From Candidatus Omnitrophota bacterium (GTDB lineage: Bacteria; Omnitrophota; Omnitrophia; Omnitrophales; Aquincolibacteriaceae), in the NCBI GenBank assembly GCA_016196545.1, contig JACPXM010000022.1, positions 5,064-69,063 on the forward strand: 64,000 nt of DNA, written 5' to 3'. Below the pieces are notes generated by a model, which saw only the letters and a list, made by a program, of their open reading frames with translations, searched no databases and was not told where the DNA came from. Position numbers and translations under genes: made by a program. Below are positions 1 through 8,801 of this stretch, piece by piece (the stretch's first letter is position 1; each line of letters starts with the position of its first letter).

Positions 1-36
1 ATTTAACATAGTTGGTTATAAGTTGTAAGGGCTAAG

Positions 37-3000
37 TTATAACGAATAAAACACTCTCTCAAAGATCTCGCGGCACTGCGATTTTGTCTTGGAATAGGCC
101 GCTTCCAATTTTTCCTCCGCCGCAATCCCGCCTGCATCGGAAAATCCAAGGCCCTTGGCCAGCACGCGCAGGGCCGTTTTTTCACTCGGACGATTAAAGA
201 CCTGGCGGTTTTCGTAAAGTTGAAGGCGGTTTTCAATGCGGCGCATAAGTTCATAGCCTTCTTTCAAGGCCCTCGTGTCTTCTTCCCCTTTTTGGCGGGT
301 GATTTGTTCATAACGGCGTTTGATTTCGCGAACTCGGGTAAGAAACTCCGAATCAAGTTCGAGGGGGTAAATGCTGGATGAAATCTTTTGGAGGAATGAT
401 TTCCCAAGAGACTTCAATCCGGCCGCCGCCCTGGCTTTTATCAGAGCCTGAAGCTCCCAGGAATCTCCTTCTTTTTCATAATAATGAAGGGTGTCTTTTT
501 CATTTAAAATTAAAGCACCGTTTTCGCCGTGCGGCCGAAGCCTCAAATCCACTCGATATAAAAATTCATGGGGACCCCCCTCTTTGATTTGATTCAATAA
601 AATTTGCAGCCCTTGAATCAGTTCCGGAGTTTCGCCAAAATCTCCCTGAAGAAACATGAGATCCAGATCCGAGCTAAAATTGAGTTCCTGACCTCCGAGT
701 TTTCCAAGGCCCACCACGCAAAGCTTCTCATGAATTTTATTCATCCGCAGCAGGGATTCGAGGACAAAATCTGCGAGACCGCTAAAAGTGGCATAAACTT
801 CTTCAAGCGGTTCATGGCCGATCATTTCCGCAAGCGCGATACGAAGCGTTTCTTTGTGGCGGAGTTGCCGAAGGGAAATAAGAAAATGGCCGTCCGCGAA
901 GGCCGCCTCCTTTTGACGCTCATGATCCAGCACAGCCCTTGTCCTCTCAAGCCGAATGTTTTCCAACTTCAAAAGCCAAGACCCATAATCCGGATTTTCA
1001 ATCAATATTTCGGAAAGGTATTTGCTCGAACCCAAGAGCTTGAGCAAAATCAAAAGTCCGTCTTTGGATTCCGCCAGGCATTCCCAAAACGCATCCTTAT
1101 CTTCCAGCCTTTCGATAAATCTCTCAAGATGCAGGAGCGCTAGATCCGGATCCGGTACTTGAGGCCAAATCGGCCAGGCACGGTCAAGGGCCAAGGCAAA
1201 GGGCTCAAAGGCAAGGACGTGGGGACAAATCCGGGCAAGTCGCATTCCGGATTCCTGCAAATTTCTAAAACCGAGCCCGGCCATGATTCGTTTCTCCTCA
1301 ACCGAAAAATCACCCCGTAAGAAATTATTCAAACTCACCCTTGGGGCCCTCGGTCGAGGCTGCTCAAGGATAAGGGGTTCATTCCAATTTTTTTCCGAGA
1401 GGTCTTTAAGGTAGGAGGCGTATAAAGTTTTGGCAATTTCTTTATAGCGTTCCAAACGGCTTAGAAATCGTTTTCGCACGTCTTCATCGACACCGGAATA
1501 GCCGATGCGGCGGCCCAGGCTTACAAATTCTTCGGATTCGATGGGCGGAAGCGTCAAATCCCTGGCATTGCCACGCACCATTCGAAGGGCATTAATAACC
1601 GTTCGAATAAAAATATAGGCGGCACGAATGGCTTGAAATGTTTTTTCGGACAAGGCCCCGATTTCCCAAAGCGCGCGCAGGGCCTTTAAGGTATTAGGAT
1701 TTCGGATATCCCCCCAATTTTTTCTTCCCCAATAAATCTGGAGGGTTTGAACAAGATATTCCAAATCGATTAAACCGCCTTCGGAATATTTCACATTAAA
1801 GGTACCGGCTTTAACCAATTCCCTGCGTTGACGCTCCCGCAGTTTTAAGGCCTTCGCAAAATCATAAGGCTGATCACTAAAAACAAAATCATCCCTTAAA
1901 ACAAGGATTTGCGTAGAAAGTCCTTCGGGCCCGGCCACGGGCCTTAACCTAATCAGGGCCTGGCGCTCAAAATCCCACGCTCCCCCGCCTTCGCGATAAT
2001 ATTCTTTAAAGGCGTGAAGGGAAACCGCAAGCGGCCCCTTATGTCCGTGGGGGCGAAGCCTTAAATCAATTTCAAAAATCCCTTCGCTGCGGGCATGGAT
2101 GATTTTTTTAAGCCGGCGCACCAACTCGGAATAAAAATCCAGATTATTCCGGCTCTGCTCGCCGGCAGAATCGGCATGATCCGAATAGACGAACATAAGC
2201 TCCAAATCCGAGGCATACCCGAGTTCCACGCCGCCGAACTTACCGAGGCCGAAGATCGCACACTCGCTTTTTTGACCCGGTGAAATAAGAGGCGCGGGCC
2301 GCCCATCCCGCGTCTCATCGTAAGCTAAGGCATAAGCCGTTTCCACCACGACCCCGGCTAAATCCGTAAACTCTTCGGCGAATTCGCCAAGGTAAGACGC
2401 CTTGCCCAGAAGATGGCGGAGATCGATCCGAAATATCTCTCGGTCCTTATATTCATTTAAAGCAGTGATTTTTTCTTCCAAGCTCTTCTTGGAACGAACA
2501 AGCAAGGTGAGTTCCCGACGCATCGGGGCGCGGTTCTTTTTGAAACGTAAAATTTTTTCGTCTGCAAGAATGGGGAATACAGATTCATGCTGGGTCCGAA
2601 TGAATTCCTCCCATAAAAAGCGGGTGGTTCCAAAAAGACGGCTTAACCGTTCCAAATTTTGAGATCGTTTTAAAGAAAGAAGGACTTCGCTGAAATCCCT
2701 TCGGCATAAAATATCACGCCCAAATAGCGCGATTTGTTCAAGCGCCTGCGCCGGGTCCGGAACATCCGCCAGCAAGTGGGTGTATTGTTTGACAAGTAAA
2801 ATGGCCCATTGAAGAGCTTTTAATTGCTCCTCCGAAGTAACTTTCTCGCCCGTATCTGCGGCCGTCACCCAAAGCCGGTCTTGAACCTTATTTCCCACGG
2901 TTTCAATTTCCATTTTAGCAATATTTACGCCAAGCATGGACAGTGCATTCGTAAGTTCATAAAGAAATGCCGGTGTGTCTTGGGCGTAGATATCCACCAC

Positions 3001-3396
3001 GGTTTCATGGGGAGAAAAATCCTGATAGATTTGGAGAGCAATCGGGGCAAGCCGGGAATTTTTGGGGGGCTTCAGTTTGCGAAAAAATTGAACGATACGC
3101 TGATTGATTTCGCTTCGAATTTCCGGGAAATGCCCTTGGATTCCCCGCTCTCCATATTTTTTTAAATCCGCTTCGATGTTTTTCCAATCGGGAGCTTGTT
3201 TTGCTTCCACTTCAAAGCGGTCCACGGCCTTTTTGTCCTGTGTGAGGATTCGGCCGCGAATGATGTTAATTCCATTAAAGGCAAACAGACCGGTGATCAC
3301 TGAGAGAAGGCCGAGAAAATCAGGGAGTTTAACGGTAATGTCGAAGCGATTTTCGGGAAGAGGCTTTACGAGAAGGACATCGTCGAAGTCAGGCAT
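37..3396 (-). CDS. glnE: Bifunctional glutamine synthetase adenylyltransferase/adenylyl-removing enzyme (GlnE) with two N-terminal ACT-like domains
   Basis: 1119-aa ORF. Two GlnE-type nucleotidyltransferase motifs (GLGKFGGVELGYASDLELMF and GLGKLGGQELNFSSDLDLMF). The first ~190 aa contain two ACT-like repeats (FDITVKLPDFLGLLSVITG.., VVDIYAQDTPAFLYELTNAL..). Lies next to glnA. Confidence 0.85.
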   Translation of the reverse strand: MPDFDDVLLVKPLPENRFDITVKLPDFLGLLSVITGLFAFNGINIIRGRILTQDKKAVDRFEVEAKQAPDWKNIEADLKKYGERGIQGHFPEIRSEINQRIVQFFRKLKPPKNSRLAPIALQIYQDFSPHETVVDIYAQDTPAFLYELTNALSMLGVNIAKMEIETVGNKVQDRLWVTAADTGEKVTSEEQLKALQWAILLVKQYTHLLADVPDPAQALEQIALFGRDILCRRDFSEVLLSLKRSQNLERLSRLFGTTRFLWEEFIRTQHESVFPILADEKILRFKKNRAPMRRELTLLVRSKKSLEEKITALNEYKDREIFRIDLRHLLGKASYLGEFAEEFTDLAGVVVETAYALAYDETRDGRPAPLISPGQKSECAIFGLGKFGGVELGYASDLELMFVYSDHADSAGEQSRNNLDFYSELVRRLKKIIHARSEGIFEIDLRLRPHGHKGPLAVSLHAFKEYYREGGGAWDFERQALIRLRPVAGPEGLSTQILVLRDDFVFSDQPYDFAKALKLRERQRRELVKAGTFNVKYSEGGLIDLEYLVQTLQIYWGRKNWGDIRNPNTLKALRALWEIGALSEKTFQAIRAAYIFIRTVINALRMVRGNARDLTLPPIESEEFVSLGRRIGYSGVDEDVRKRFLSRLERYKEIAKTLYASYLKDLSEKNWNEPLILEQPRPRAPRVSLNNFLRGDFSVEEKRIMAGLGFRNLQESGMRLARICPHVLAFEPFALALDRAWPIWPQVPDPDLALLHLERFIERLEDKDAFWECLAESKDGLLILLKLLGSSKYLSEILIENPDYGSWLLKLENIRLERTRAVLDHERQKEAAFADGHFLISLRQLRHKETLRIALAEMIGHEPLEEVYATFSGLADFVLESLLRMNKIHEKLCVVGLGKLGGQELNFSSDLDLMFLQGDFGETPELIQGLQILLNQIKEGGPHEFLYRVDLRLRPHGENGALILNEKDTLHYYEKEGDSWELQALIKARAAAGLKSLGKSFLQKISSSIYPLELDSEFLTRVREIKRRYEQITRQKGEEDTRALKEGYELMRRIENRLQLYENRQVFNRPSEKTALRVLAKGLGFSDAGGIAAEEKLEAAYSKTKSQCREIFERVFYSL

Positions 3397-3480
3397 GGAG
3401 AGCCATTATGAAGAATTCGAAGTCGGAGAGCAAATAAAAAGCAGGGGGGGGGTTCTAAAAACTAAAAGAAGCTGTAAATC

Positions 3481-3531
3481 AAAAAGGGGACAGGCATCTG
3501 AAACAATGAAGTAAGATGCCTGTCCCCTTTT
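3481..3531 (-). terminator. Rho-independent terminator downstream of glnA
   Basis: 13-bp GC-rich stem GGGGACAGGCATC (3486-3498) / GATGCCTGTCCCC (3515-3527). A5 on the left gives a U-tract after the hairpin on the minus strand, about 26 nt past the glnA stop. T4 on the right makes it look bidirectional. Confidence 0.8.
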
Positions 3532-3553
3532 CGGGGCAATTCAGTTAAATCAA

Positions 3554-5047
3554 TTAAACGTCAAAGTACATATAAAATTCATGCGGATGAGGACGCAATT
3601 TCACCGCATCAATTTCACAGGTCCTCTTGTATTCAATCCAGGTATCGATCACGTCCTTGGTAAAGACGTCCCCTTGCAGGAGATAATCCTGATCTTTTTC
3701 AAGGGCATTAAGCGCCTCTTCAAGAGATCCTGGAACATTCTTGATTTTTGCTTTTTCTTCTGCCGGAAGCTCATAGATATTTTTATCAATGGGCTGACCG
3801 GGATCGATTTTATTGCGAATCCCATCAAGCCCTGCCATCAACATCGCGGAGAAGGTCAGATAAGGATTCGCGCTCGGATCCGGTGCTCGGAACTCAACGC
3901 GCTTTGCAGCAGGCGCCGAGGAATACATCGGAATGCGGCAAACCGCCGAGCGGTTGCGGGCCGAATACACAAGGTTCACCGGGGCTTCATATCCCGGGAC
4001 AAGCCGGCGATAGGAGTTCGTCGTCGGAGCACCGAATGCCAAAATGGAATGGGCGTGTTTCAAAAGACCGCCGATATACCATTTGCACATATCGCTGATG
4101 AGGGCATAACCTTTTCCATCATAGAAAAGATTGGTGCCTTCCTTCCAGAGGCTGGAATGAACGTGCATTCCGGAACCGTTGTCTTTAAAAATCGGCTTTG
4201 GCATAAACGTGGCAGTTTTGTTGTATTTACGCGCCGTGTTCTTAATCACGTATTTGTACATCAAAAGATTGTCCGCCATCTTGGTTAACGTGGAATAACG
4301 AATATCGATTTCGCATTGACCGGCCGTGGCGACTTCATGATGATGCACTTCCACGGGAACACCCACTTTGCGAAGCGTGAGCATAATCTCGGAACGAATA
4401 TCTTGAAGCGTATCGTGAGGAGGTACGGGGAAATAACCTTCTTTGTAACGGGGCTTATAACCAAGGTTCGGCTTTTCATCCCGTCCTGTATTCCAATCCC
4501 CCTCTACGGAATCGATGTAGTAGTAGCCAAAATTCTCGCCTTGATCAAAACGAATATCATCAAAGATAAAAAATTCGGCTTCCGGACCCCAATAGCTCAA
4601 ATCCGCAATTTTAGATTTTTTTAAATATTCTTCTGCTTTGCGGCCGATGTAGCGGGGATCGCGGCTGTAGGGTTCTTTGGTGATAGGATCATAAATATCG
4701 CAAATCACGCTGAGGGTGGGAATTTGACAGACCGGGTCAAGCACCGCGGTGGTAGGATCCGGAATCAGAAGCATATCGCTTTCTTGGATTTTCTGGAAGC
4801 CGCGAATGCTGGATCCGTCAAAGCCAATGCCTTCAACCCAAATGCTTTTCTCAATTTTGTCATAATCGACCATGTCCGTTGCCGGAATCGAAAAATGTTG
4901 CCAAAGGCCGGGCAGGTCGTTGAATTTTAAATCGATGACTTGAATCTTATGTTTTTGAATGTAGCGCTTTACTTCTTCGGGATTTGCGGGACGTGTCGCT
5001 TCCACGATTTCTTCCTCCCGGTCTTTAGATGCAACGAGCGTTGACAT
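3554..5047 (-). CDS. glnA: Glutamine synthetase, type I
   Basis: 497-aa ORF with class I GS sequence blocks ([29 protein letters not shown]). The adenylylation-loop tyrosine is retained (KNIYELP). AAGGAGG Shine-Dalgarno (SD) upstream. Confidence 0.95.
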   Translation of the reverse strand: MSTLVASKDREEEIVEATRPANPEEVKRYIQKHKIQVIDLKFNDLPGLWQHFSIPATDMVDYDKIEKSIWVEGIGFDGSSIRGFQKIQESDMLLIPDPTTAVLDPVCQIPTLSVICDIYDPITKEPYSRDPRYIGRKAEEYLKKSKIADLSYWGPEAEFFIFDDIRFDQGENFGYYYIDSVEGDWNTGRDEKPNLGYKPRYKEGYFPVPPHDTLQDIRSEIMLTLRKVGVPVEVHHHEVATAGQCEIDIRYSTLTKMADNLLMYKYVIKNTARKYNKTATFMPKPIFKDNGSGMHVHSSLWKEGTNLFYDGKGYALISDMCKWYIGGLLKHAHSILAFGAPTTNSYRRLVPGYEAPVNLVYSARNRSAVCRIPMYSSAPAAKRVEFRAPDPSANPYLTFSAMLMAGLDGIRNKIDPGQPIDKNIYELPAEEKAKIKNVPGSLEEALNALEKDQDYLLQGDVFTKDVIDTWIEYKRTCEIDAVKLRPHPHEFYMYFDV

Positions 5048-5100
5048 TAGAAATTCCTCCTTTAATTGAGCCTACCTTGCTAGAAGCTTAAAAATGCGAG

Positions 5101-5157
5101 GCCTTACAAGCTGGCAGGGAGATTGAATTTTACTTCAACCTCCCTGCCTTGTAAAGC
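5101..5157 (-). other. Intercistronic stem-loop between PII gene and glnA
   Basis: GGCAGGGAG (5113-5121) pairs with CTCCCTGCC (5140-5148). The stem is extended by TTACAA/TTGTAA across a 3-nt bulge, with an 18-nt loop. On the minus strand a T5 run follows about 10 nt later. Confidence 0.4.
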
Positions 5158-5177
5158 CTGAAAATACTAGCTTTTCC

Positions 5178-5519
5178 TTAAACGAGCGCCCGCTCTCCTC
5201 TTTCACGGGTCCGGATCCTGACAACTTCCTCCACTTCGTAGACGAAGATCTTTCCGTCGCCCACATTCCCCGTATAAGTGGATTCGATAAGAGTCTGAAT
5301 GATTTTTTCCAAATCCTTATCAATGCAGACGATTTCCACTTTCACTTTGGGAAGGAAATCAAGCTTGTACTTTTCCCCTCTCCATTGCTGGAAGGCGCCC
5401 TTTTGCATGCCGTGGCCTTCAATTTCAGTGATCGTGAGGCCGGGATAACCGGATTCCTCAAGGGCCTGTCGGACAACGTCCAATTTCTCAGGCCGGATAA
5501 TGGCTTCGATTTTTTTCAT
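5178..5519 (-). CDS. glnK: Nitrogen regulatory protein P-II (GlnB/GlnK family)
   Basis: 113-aa ORF with typical PII sequence (MKKIEAIIRP.., T-loop with Tyr51, ..GDGKIFV..). ATGA start/stop overlap with amt. Confidence 0.93.
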   Translation of the reverse strand: MKKIEAIIRPEKLDVVRQALEESGYPGLTITEIEGHGMQKGAFQQWRGEKYKLDFLPKVKVEIVCIDKDLEKIIQTLIESTYTGNVGDGKIFVYEVEEVVRIRTRERGERALV

Positions 5520-6919
5520 GAAATCACCTCACTGTATTCTCGCTTTTTTGACGAAGAGCTTCCTCCCGAATAGCTTGATGATTTTGCGGGGGGTTCTGCG
5601 GTTGATGTTGAATAGAAACTGTACGAAGGCTTGCGCGTCATAAATTCCGGATACGCCAAATTGCCGTGCTCACCGATATCCAGACCTTCGATTTCTTCCT
5701 GGAGCGTCACGCGCAATCCAATCGTATATTTAATGATAAACCAGCAAATCGCGGAAGCAATCAAAGTGAAAGCTCCAACTGCAGCAATGCCTGTGATTTG
5801 TGCCGTCAAAAGAGCAGTTCCCCCACCAAAGAAAAGACCGTTTCCAGTTGTGTTGGGACTCACCCAATCTTGCGCAAAAAGACCGACGCACAAAGTTCCA
5901 AAAGCACCGTTTACAAGATGCACCGACGTTGCACCTACGGGATCATCCACATGCACTTTGTCAAAGAAAATGACCGCCGGAACCACAATTGAACCTGCAA
6001 TTAAACCGATAATGGCGGCGCTTGAGATACTAACAAAAGCACAAGGCGCTGTAATGGCCACAAGACCCGCTAAACAACCATTCATGGTCATCCCAAGATC
6101 GGGTTTTTTCAAAAGGAGCCAAGACACTAACGTCGCGCCTAAAATACCTGTGCAGGCTGCCATATTTGTAGTCAAACAAATATGAGACATCAAACGGGGA
6201 TCCGCAGCCATCGTGCTACCAGGATTGAATCCAAACCATCCGAGCCAGAGAACCATTGTCCCAATTAAAGCCAGCGAAAGGTTATGGCCCGGAATCGCAT
6301 TAATTTGTCCTTTGGGTCCAAACTTACCAAATCGGGGACCCAGAATAATGGCACCCGTCAAAGCGGCCCATCCGCCTACGGAATGGACAACCGTGGAGCC
6401 GGCAAAATCCCAAAAGCCTGATTTTGCTAACCAACCCCCCCCCCAAATCCAGTGGCCGGTAATCGGATAAAGGATACCGACAAGCAGAAATGAGAAAACA
6501 ATGAATGAAAGATACTTAATGCGTCCACCCACCGAACCTGAAACAATAGTTGCCGCAGTTCCTGCAAACACCAATTGAAAGAAAAACTTAGCGCCAAGCG
6601 GTACCCCGGTCCAGTTAATCGAACTATAGACTCCCTGATAAGCATCCCCTGTTGCAGGGCTATTATCCGCTCCCCCTACCATCAATAGTCCCTGCAATCC
6701 CACAAAGGGATTACCATCCCCGAACATCAGGCCCCAGCCAACAAACCAAAAGGCCACCGTAGAGCAGGCAAATACAACGAAGTTTTTTGAAAGAATATTC
6801 ACGCAATTCTTGCTTTGCTGAAATCCGGCTTCCACACATCCAAAGCCGAGATTCATGAAAAACACAAGCATCGCAGTGATTAATACCCATAGGGTATCTA
6901 GCATCACCTTAGTTTCCAT
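5516..6919 (-). CDS. amt: Ammonium transporter (Amt/MEP family)
   Basis: 467-aa polytopic membrane ORF with Amt motifs (DFAGSTVVH, WGGGW, GAFGTLCVGLFA). GGGAG SD upstream. Confidence 0.93.
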   Translation of the reverse strand: METKVMLDTLWVLITAMLVFFMNLGFGCVEAGFQQSKNCVNILSKNFVVFACSTVAFWFVGWGLMFGDGNPFVGLQGLLMVGGADNSPATGDAYQGVYSSINWTGVPLGAKFFFQLVFAGTAATIVSGSVGGRIKYLSFIVFSFLLVGILYPITGHWIWGGGWLAKSGFWDFAGSTVVHSVGGWAALTGAIILGPRFGKFGPKGQINAIPGHNLSLALIGTMVLWLGWFGFNPGSTMAADPRLMSHICLTTNMAACTGILGATLVSWLLLKKPDLGMTMNGCLAGLVAITAPCAFVSISSAAIIGLIAGSIVVPAVIFFDKVHVDDPVGATSVHLVNGAFGTLCVGLFAQDWVSPNTTGNGLFFGGGTALLTAQITGIAAVGAFTLIASAICWFIIKYTIGLRVTLQEEIEGLDIGEHGNLAYPEFMTRKPSYSFYSTSTAEPPAKSSSYSGGSSSSKKREYSEVIS

Positions 6920-7024
6920 AGAATTCTCCCTTTCTGATTTGAAAAAAAGCCCAGATCAAACCTACAAAATTGTAAGGTTTAAAATTCGCCTCCCATCTGG
7001 TGCTCGATACGAGTTAGCTATTTC

Positions 7025-7040
7025 TGCAAGGCCTATGCCA
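7025..7040 (-). promoter_or_regulatory. Sigma-54 (-24/-12) promoter upstream of amt-glnK
   Basis: The minus strand reads TGGCATAGGCCTTGCA, i.e. GG-N10-GC with TGGCA and TTGCA as in the consensus TGGCAC-N5-TTGCW. It lies about 105 nt upstream of the amt ATG. Confidence 0.7.
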
Positions 7041-7162
7041 AAGATATAAAGAGCAAGAACTAATTCCAATTAAAATTTATAACTCTTTTATATCAAATGA
7101 CTTATATAAATTAATCTAGAATTATAAAGGTTAGTCTTGATAGGTTTTTAAAAGATTAATTT

Positions 7163-7176
7163 TGACAATATTGTCA
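7163..7176. promoter_or_regulatory. Perfect 14-bp palindrome, candidate enhancer (UAS) for the adjacent sigma-54 activator
   Basis: TGACAATATTGTCA is self-complementary. It lies about 125 nt upstream of the -24/-12 element, with an AT-rich spacer containing an IHF-like TATCAA, and 18 nt after the activator gene stop. Confidence 0.45.
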
Positions 7177-7193
7177 GTCAATAAGGAAGATGG

Positions 7194-8801
7194 TCAATTT
7201 TGTAGTTTGCCGATAAGACCGTACTTTTGAATTTTATAGCCGATCATGCGCTCCGTCATGCCAAGCAGTTTAGCGGCCTTGCGTTTGTTTCCATCGGTTT
7301 TGTCCAAGGCTTGGGAAATCATCCTTTTTTCCATTTCTTCCACGGCTTCAGGCAAGGACACACCCTTTGTTTCTTCGGGCATTTGGGGCTCAAACGAGGT
7401 AAGCCCGGGGCCTTTGGAATCTTTAGGGAAGGGAAAAAGGTCCGGTGTTAAGATGTCGGTTTTACAAAGAATGACAGCCCTCTCAATCGCATTTTCAAGT
7501 TCCCGCACATTTCCCGGCCATGCGTAATTCATTAAATATTCCATGGCCTCATCGGAAACAAAGCGCACTTTCTTTCTATTTTCTTCTGAGGCGCGGACAA
7601 GAAAATGATTTACAAGGAGCGGGATGTCCTCCCGTCTCTCTCTGAGAGAGGGCATAAAAATAGGAATAACATTTAACCGGTAATAGAGATCCTCACGAAA
7701 CTTTCCCGCGCGTACGTCGTCTTCAAGATTCCGGTTTGTGGCGGTAATCAGCCGCAGATCGACGCGAATCGTTTGCGTCCCTCCCAACCTTTCAAATTCC
7801 CTTTCCTGTAAAACGCGCAGGAGTTTAATTTGCGTGCTGGGCGCAATGTCTCCGATTTCATCCAAAAATAAAGTTCCCTTATTCGCCATTTCAAAACGGC
7901 CGATTTTTGTGATTGCAGCACCGGTGAAGGCACCTTTTTCATAACCGAAAAGTTCGCTTTCAAGAAGGGTTTCGGGAAGTGCCGCACAAGAAACCTTGAT
8001 AAAAGGACCATTGGCGCGTTCACTATTATAATGAATGGCATGGGCCACAAGCTCTTTGCCGGTGCCGCTTTCCCCCCGAAGCATGACGGTGGCCCGGGAC
8101 TGGCTCACAAGCTCAATGGAGGCATAGACATCGGCCATGCGTTTACTTTCACCGATGATATTTGCAGGATGAAATTTCTTTTTAAGTTCACGCCTCAGCT
8201 CGATATTTTCACTCTGAAGCCTTTCTTTCTCACGCTCCTGCATCAAATGGATATGAACCGTTTGAGCGATCATGGAGCTGATAATGGTAAGGAGTCGTAC
8301 ATCTTCTTCGAAGGAAACATTTTCCTGGAAAAGCTGGTCCACGCTGAGCGCGCCAATGGTTTTTTGCTCCCACTTAATAGGGACACAAATAAAAGAAATA
8401 TTGCTTCTTTTGACATCTCCTCGGGATCCCGTACGATTCAAAAAAAGCGGCTCATCACCCACATTAGGCACCACAATGGGTTCCCCGGCGGCCACGACCT
8501 TTCCGGTAATTCCCTCACCGACACGGTAGCGGCCGCGCTCAATGGCCTTGTCATCAAGGCCGCGGGCCACTTCAATAATTAATTCATGGGTGCGATCGTC
8601 AAGGAGCGTGAGGGTTCCGCGCTCCATCCCCATATGACGGTGAAGAATGTCCAGAATCTCACTCATCACCTCTTCAAGGTTCAGGGAAGAGCTTGCCGTC
8701 TTAGCGATTTCATAAAGCGTTGTAAGCTCCAGGACTTCGCGTTTTAATCCTGTCAGGGTATCTGAAGTTTTTTCTCGAACCGGTTTTTCTTTTTTTTTCA
8801 T
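7194..8801 (-). CDS. Sigma-54-dependent transcriptional activator, GAF-AAA+-HTH (NifA/NtrC-like, no receiver domain)
   Basis: 535-aa ORF. N-terminal GAF-like region, AAA+ core (GESGTGKE, ESELFGYEKGAFTGA), C-terminal Fis-type HTH (NKRKAAKLLGMTERMIGYKIQKYGL). Confidence 0.9.
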   Translation of the reverse strand: MKKKEKPVREKTSDTLTGLKREVLELTTLYEIAKTASSSLNLEEVMSEILDILHRHMGMERGTLTLLDDRTHELIIEVARGLDDKAIERGRYRVGEGITGKVVAAGEPIVVPNVGDEPLFLNRTGSRGDVKRSNISFICVPIKWEQKTIGALSVDQLFQENVSFEEDVRLLTIISSMIAQTVHIHLMQEREKERLQSENIELRRELKKKFHPANIIGESKRMADVYASIELVSQSRATVMLRGESGTGKELVAHAIHYNSERANGPFIKVSCAALPETLLESELFGYEKGAFTGAAITKIGRFEMANKGTLFLDEIGDIAPSTQIKLLRVLQEREFERLGGTQTIRVDLRLITATNRNLEDDVRAGKFREDLYYRLNVIPIFMPSLRERREDIPLLVNHFLVRASEENRKKVRFVSDEAMEYLMNYAWPGNVRELENAIERAVILCKTDILTPDLFPFPKDSKGPGLTSFEPQMPEETKGVSLPEAVEEMEKRMISQALDKTDGNKRKAAKLLGMTERMIGYKIQKYGLIGKLQN

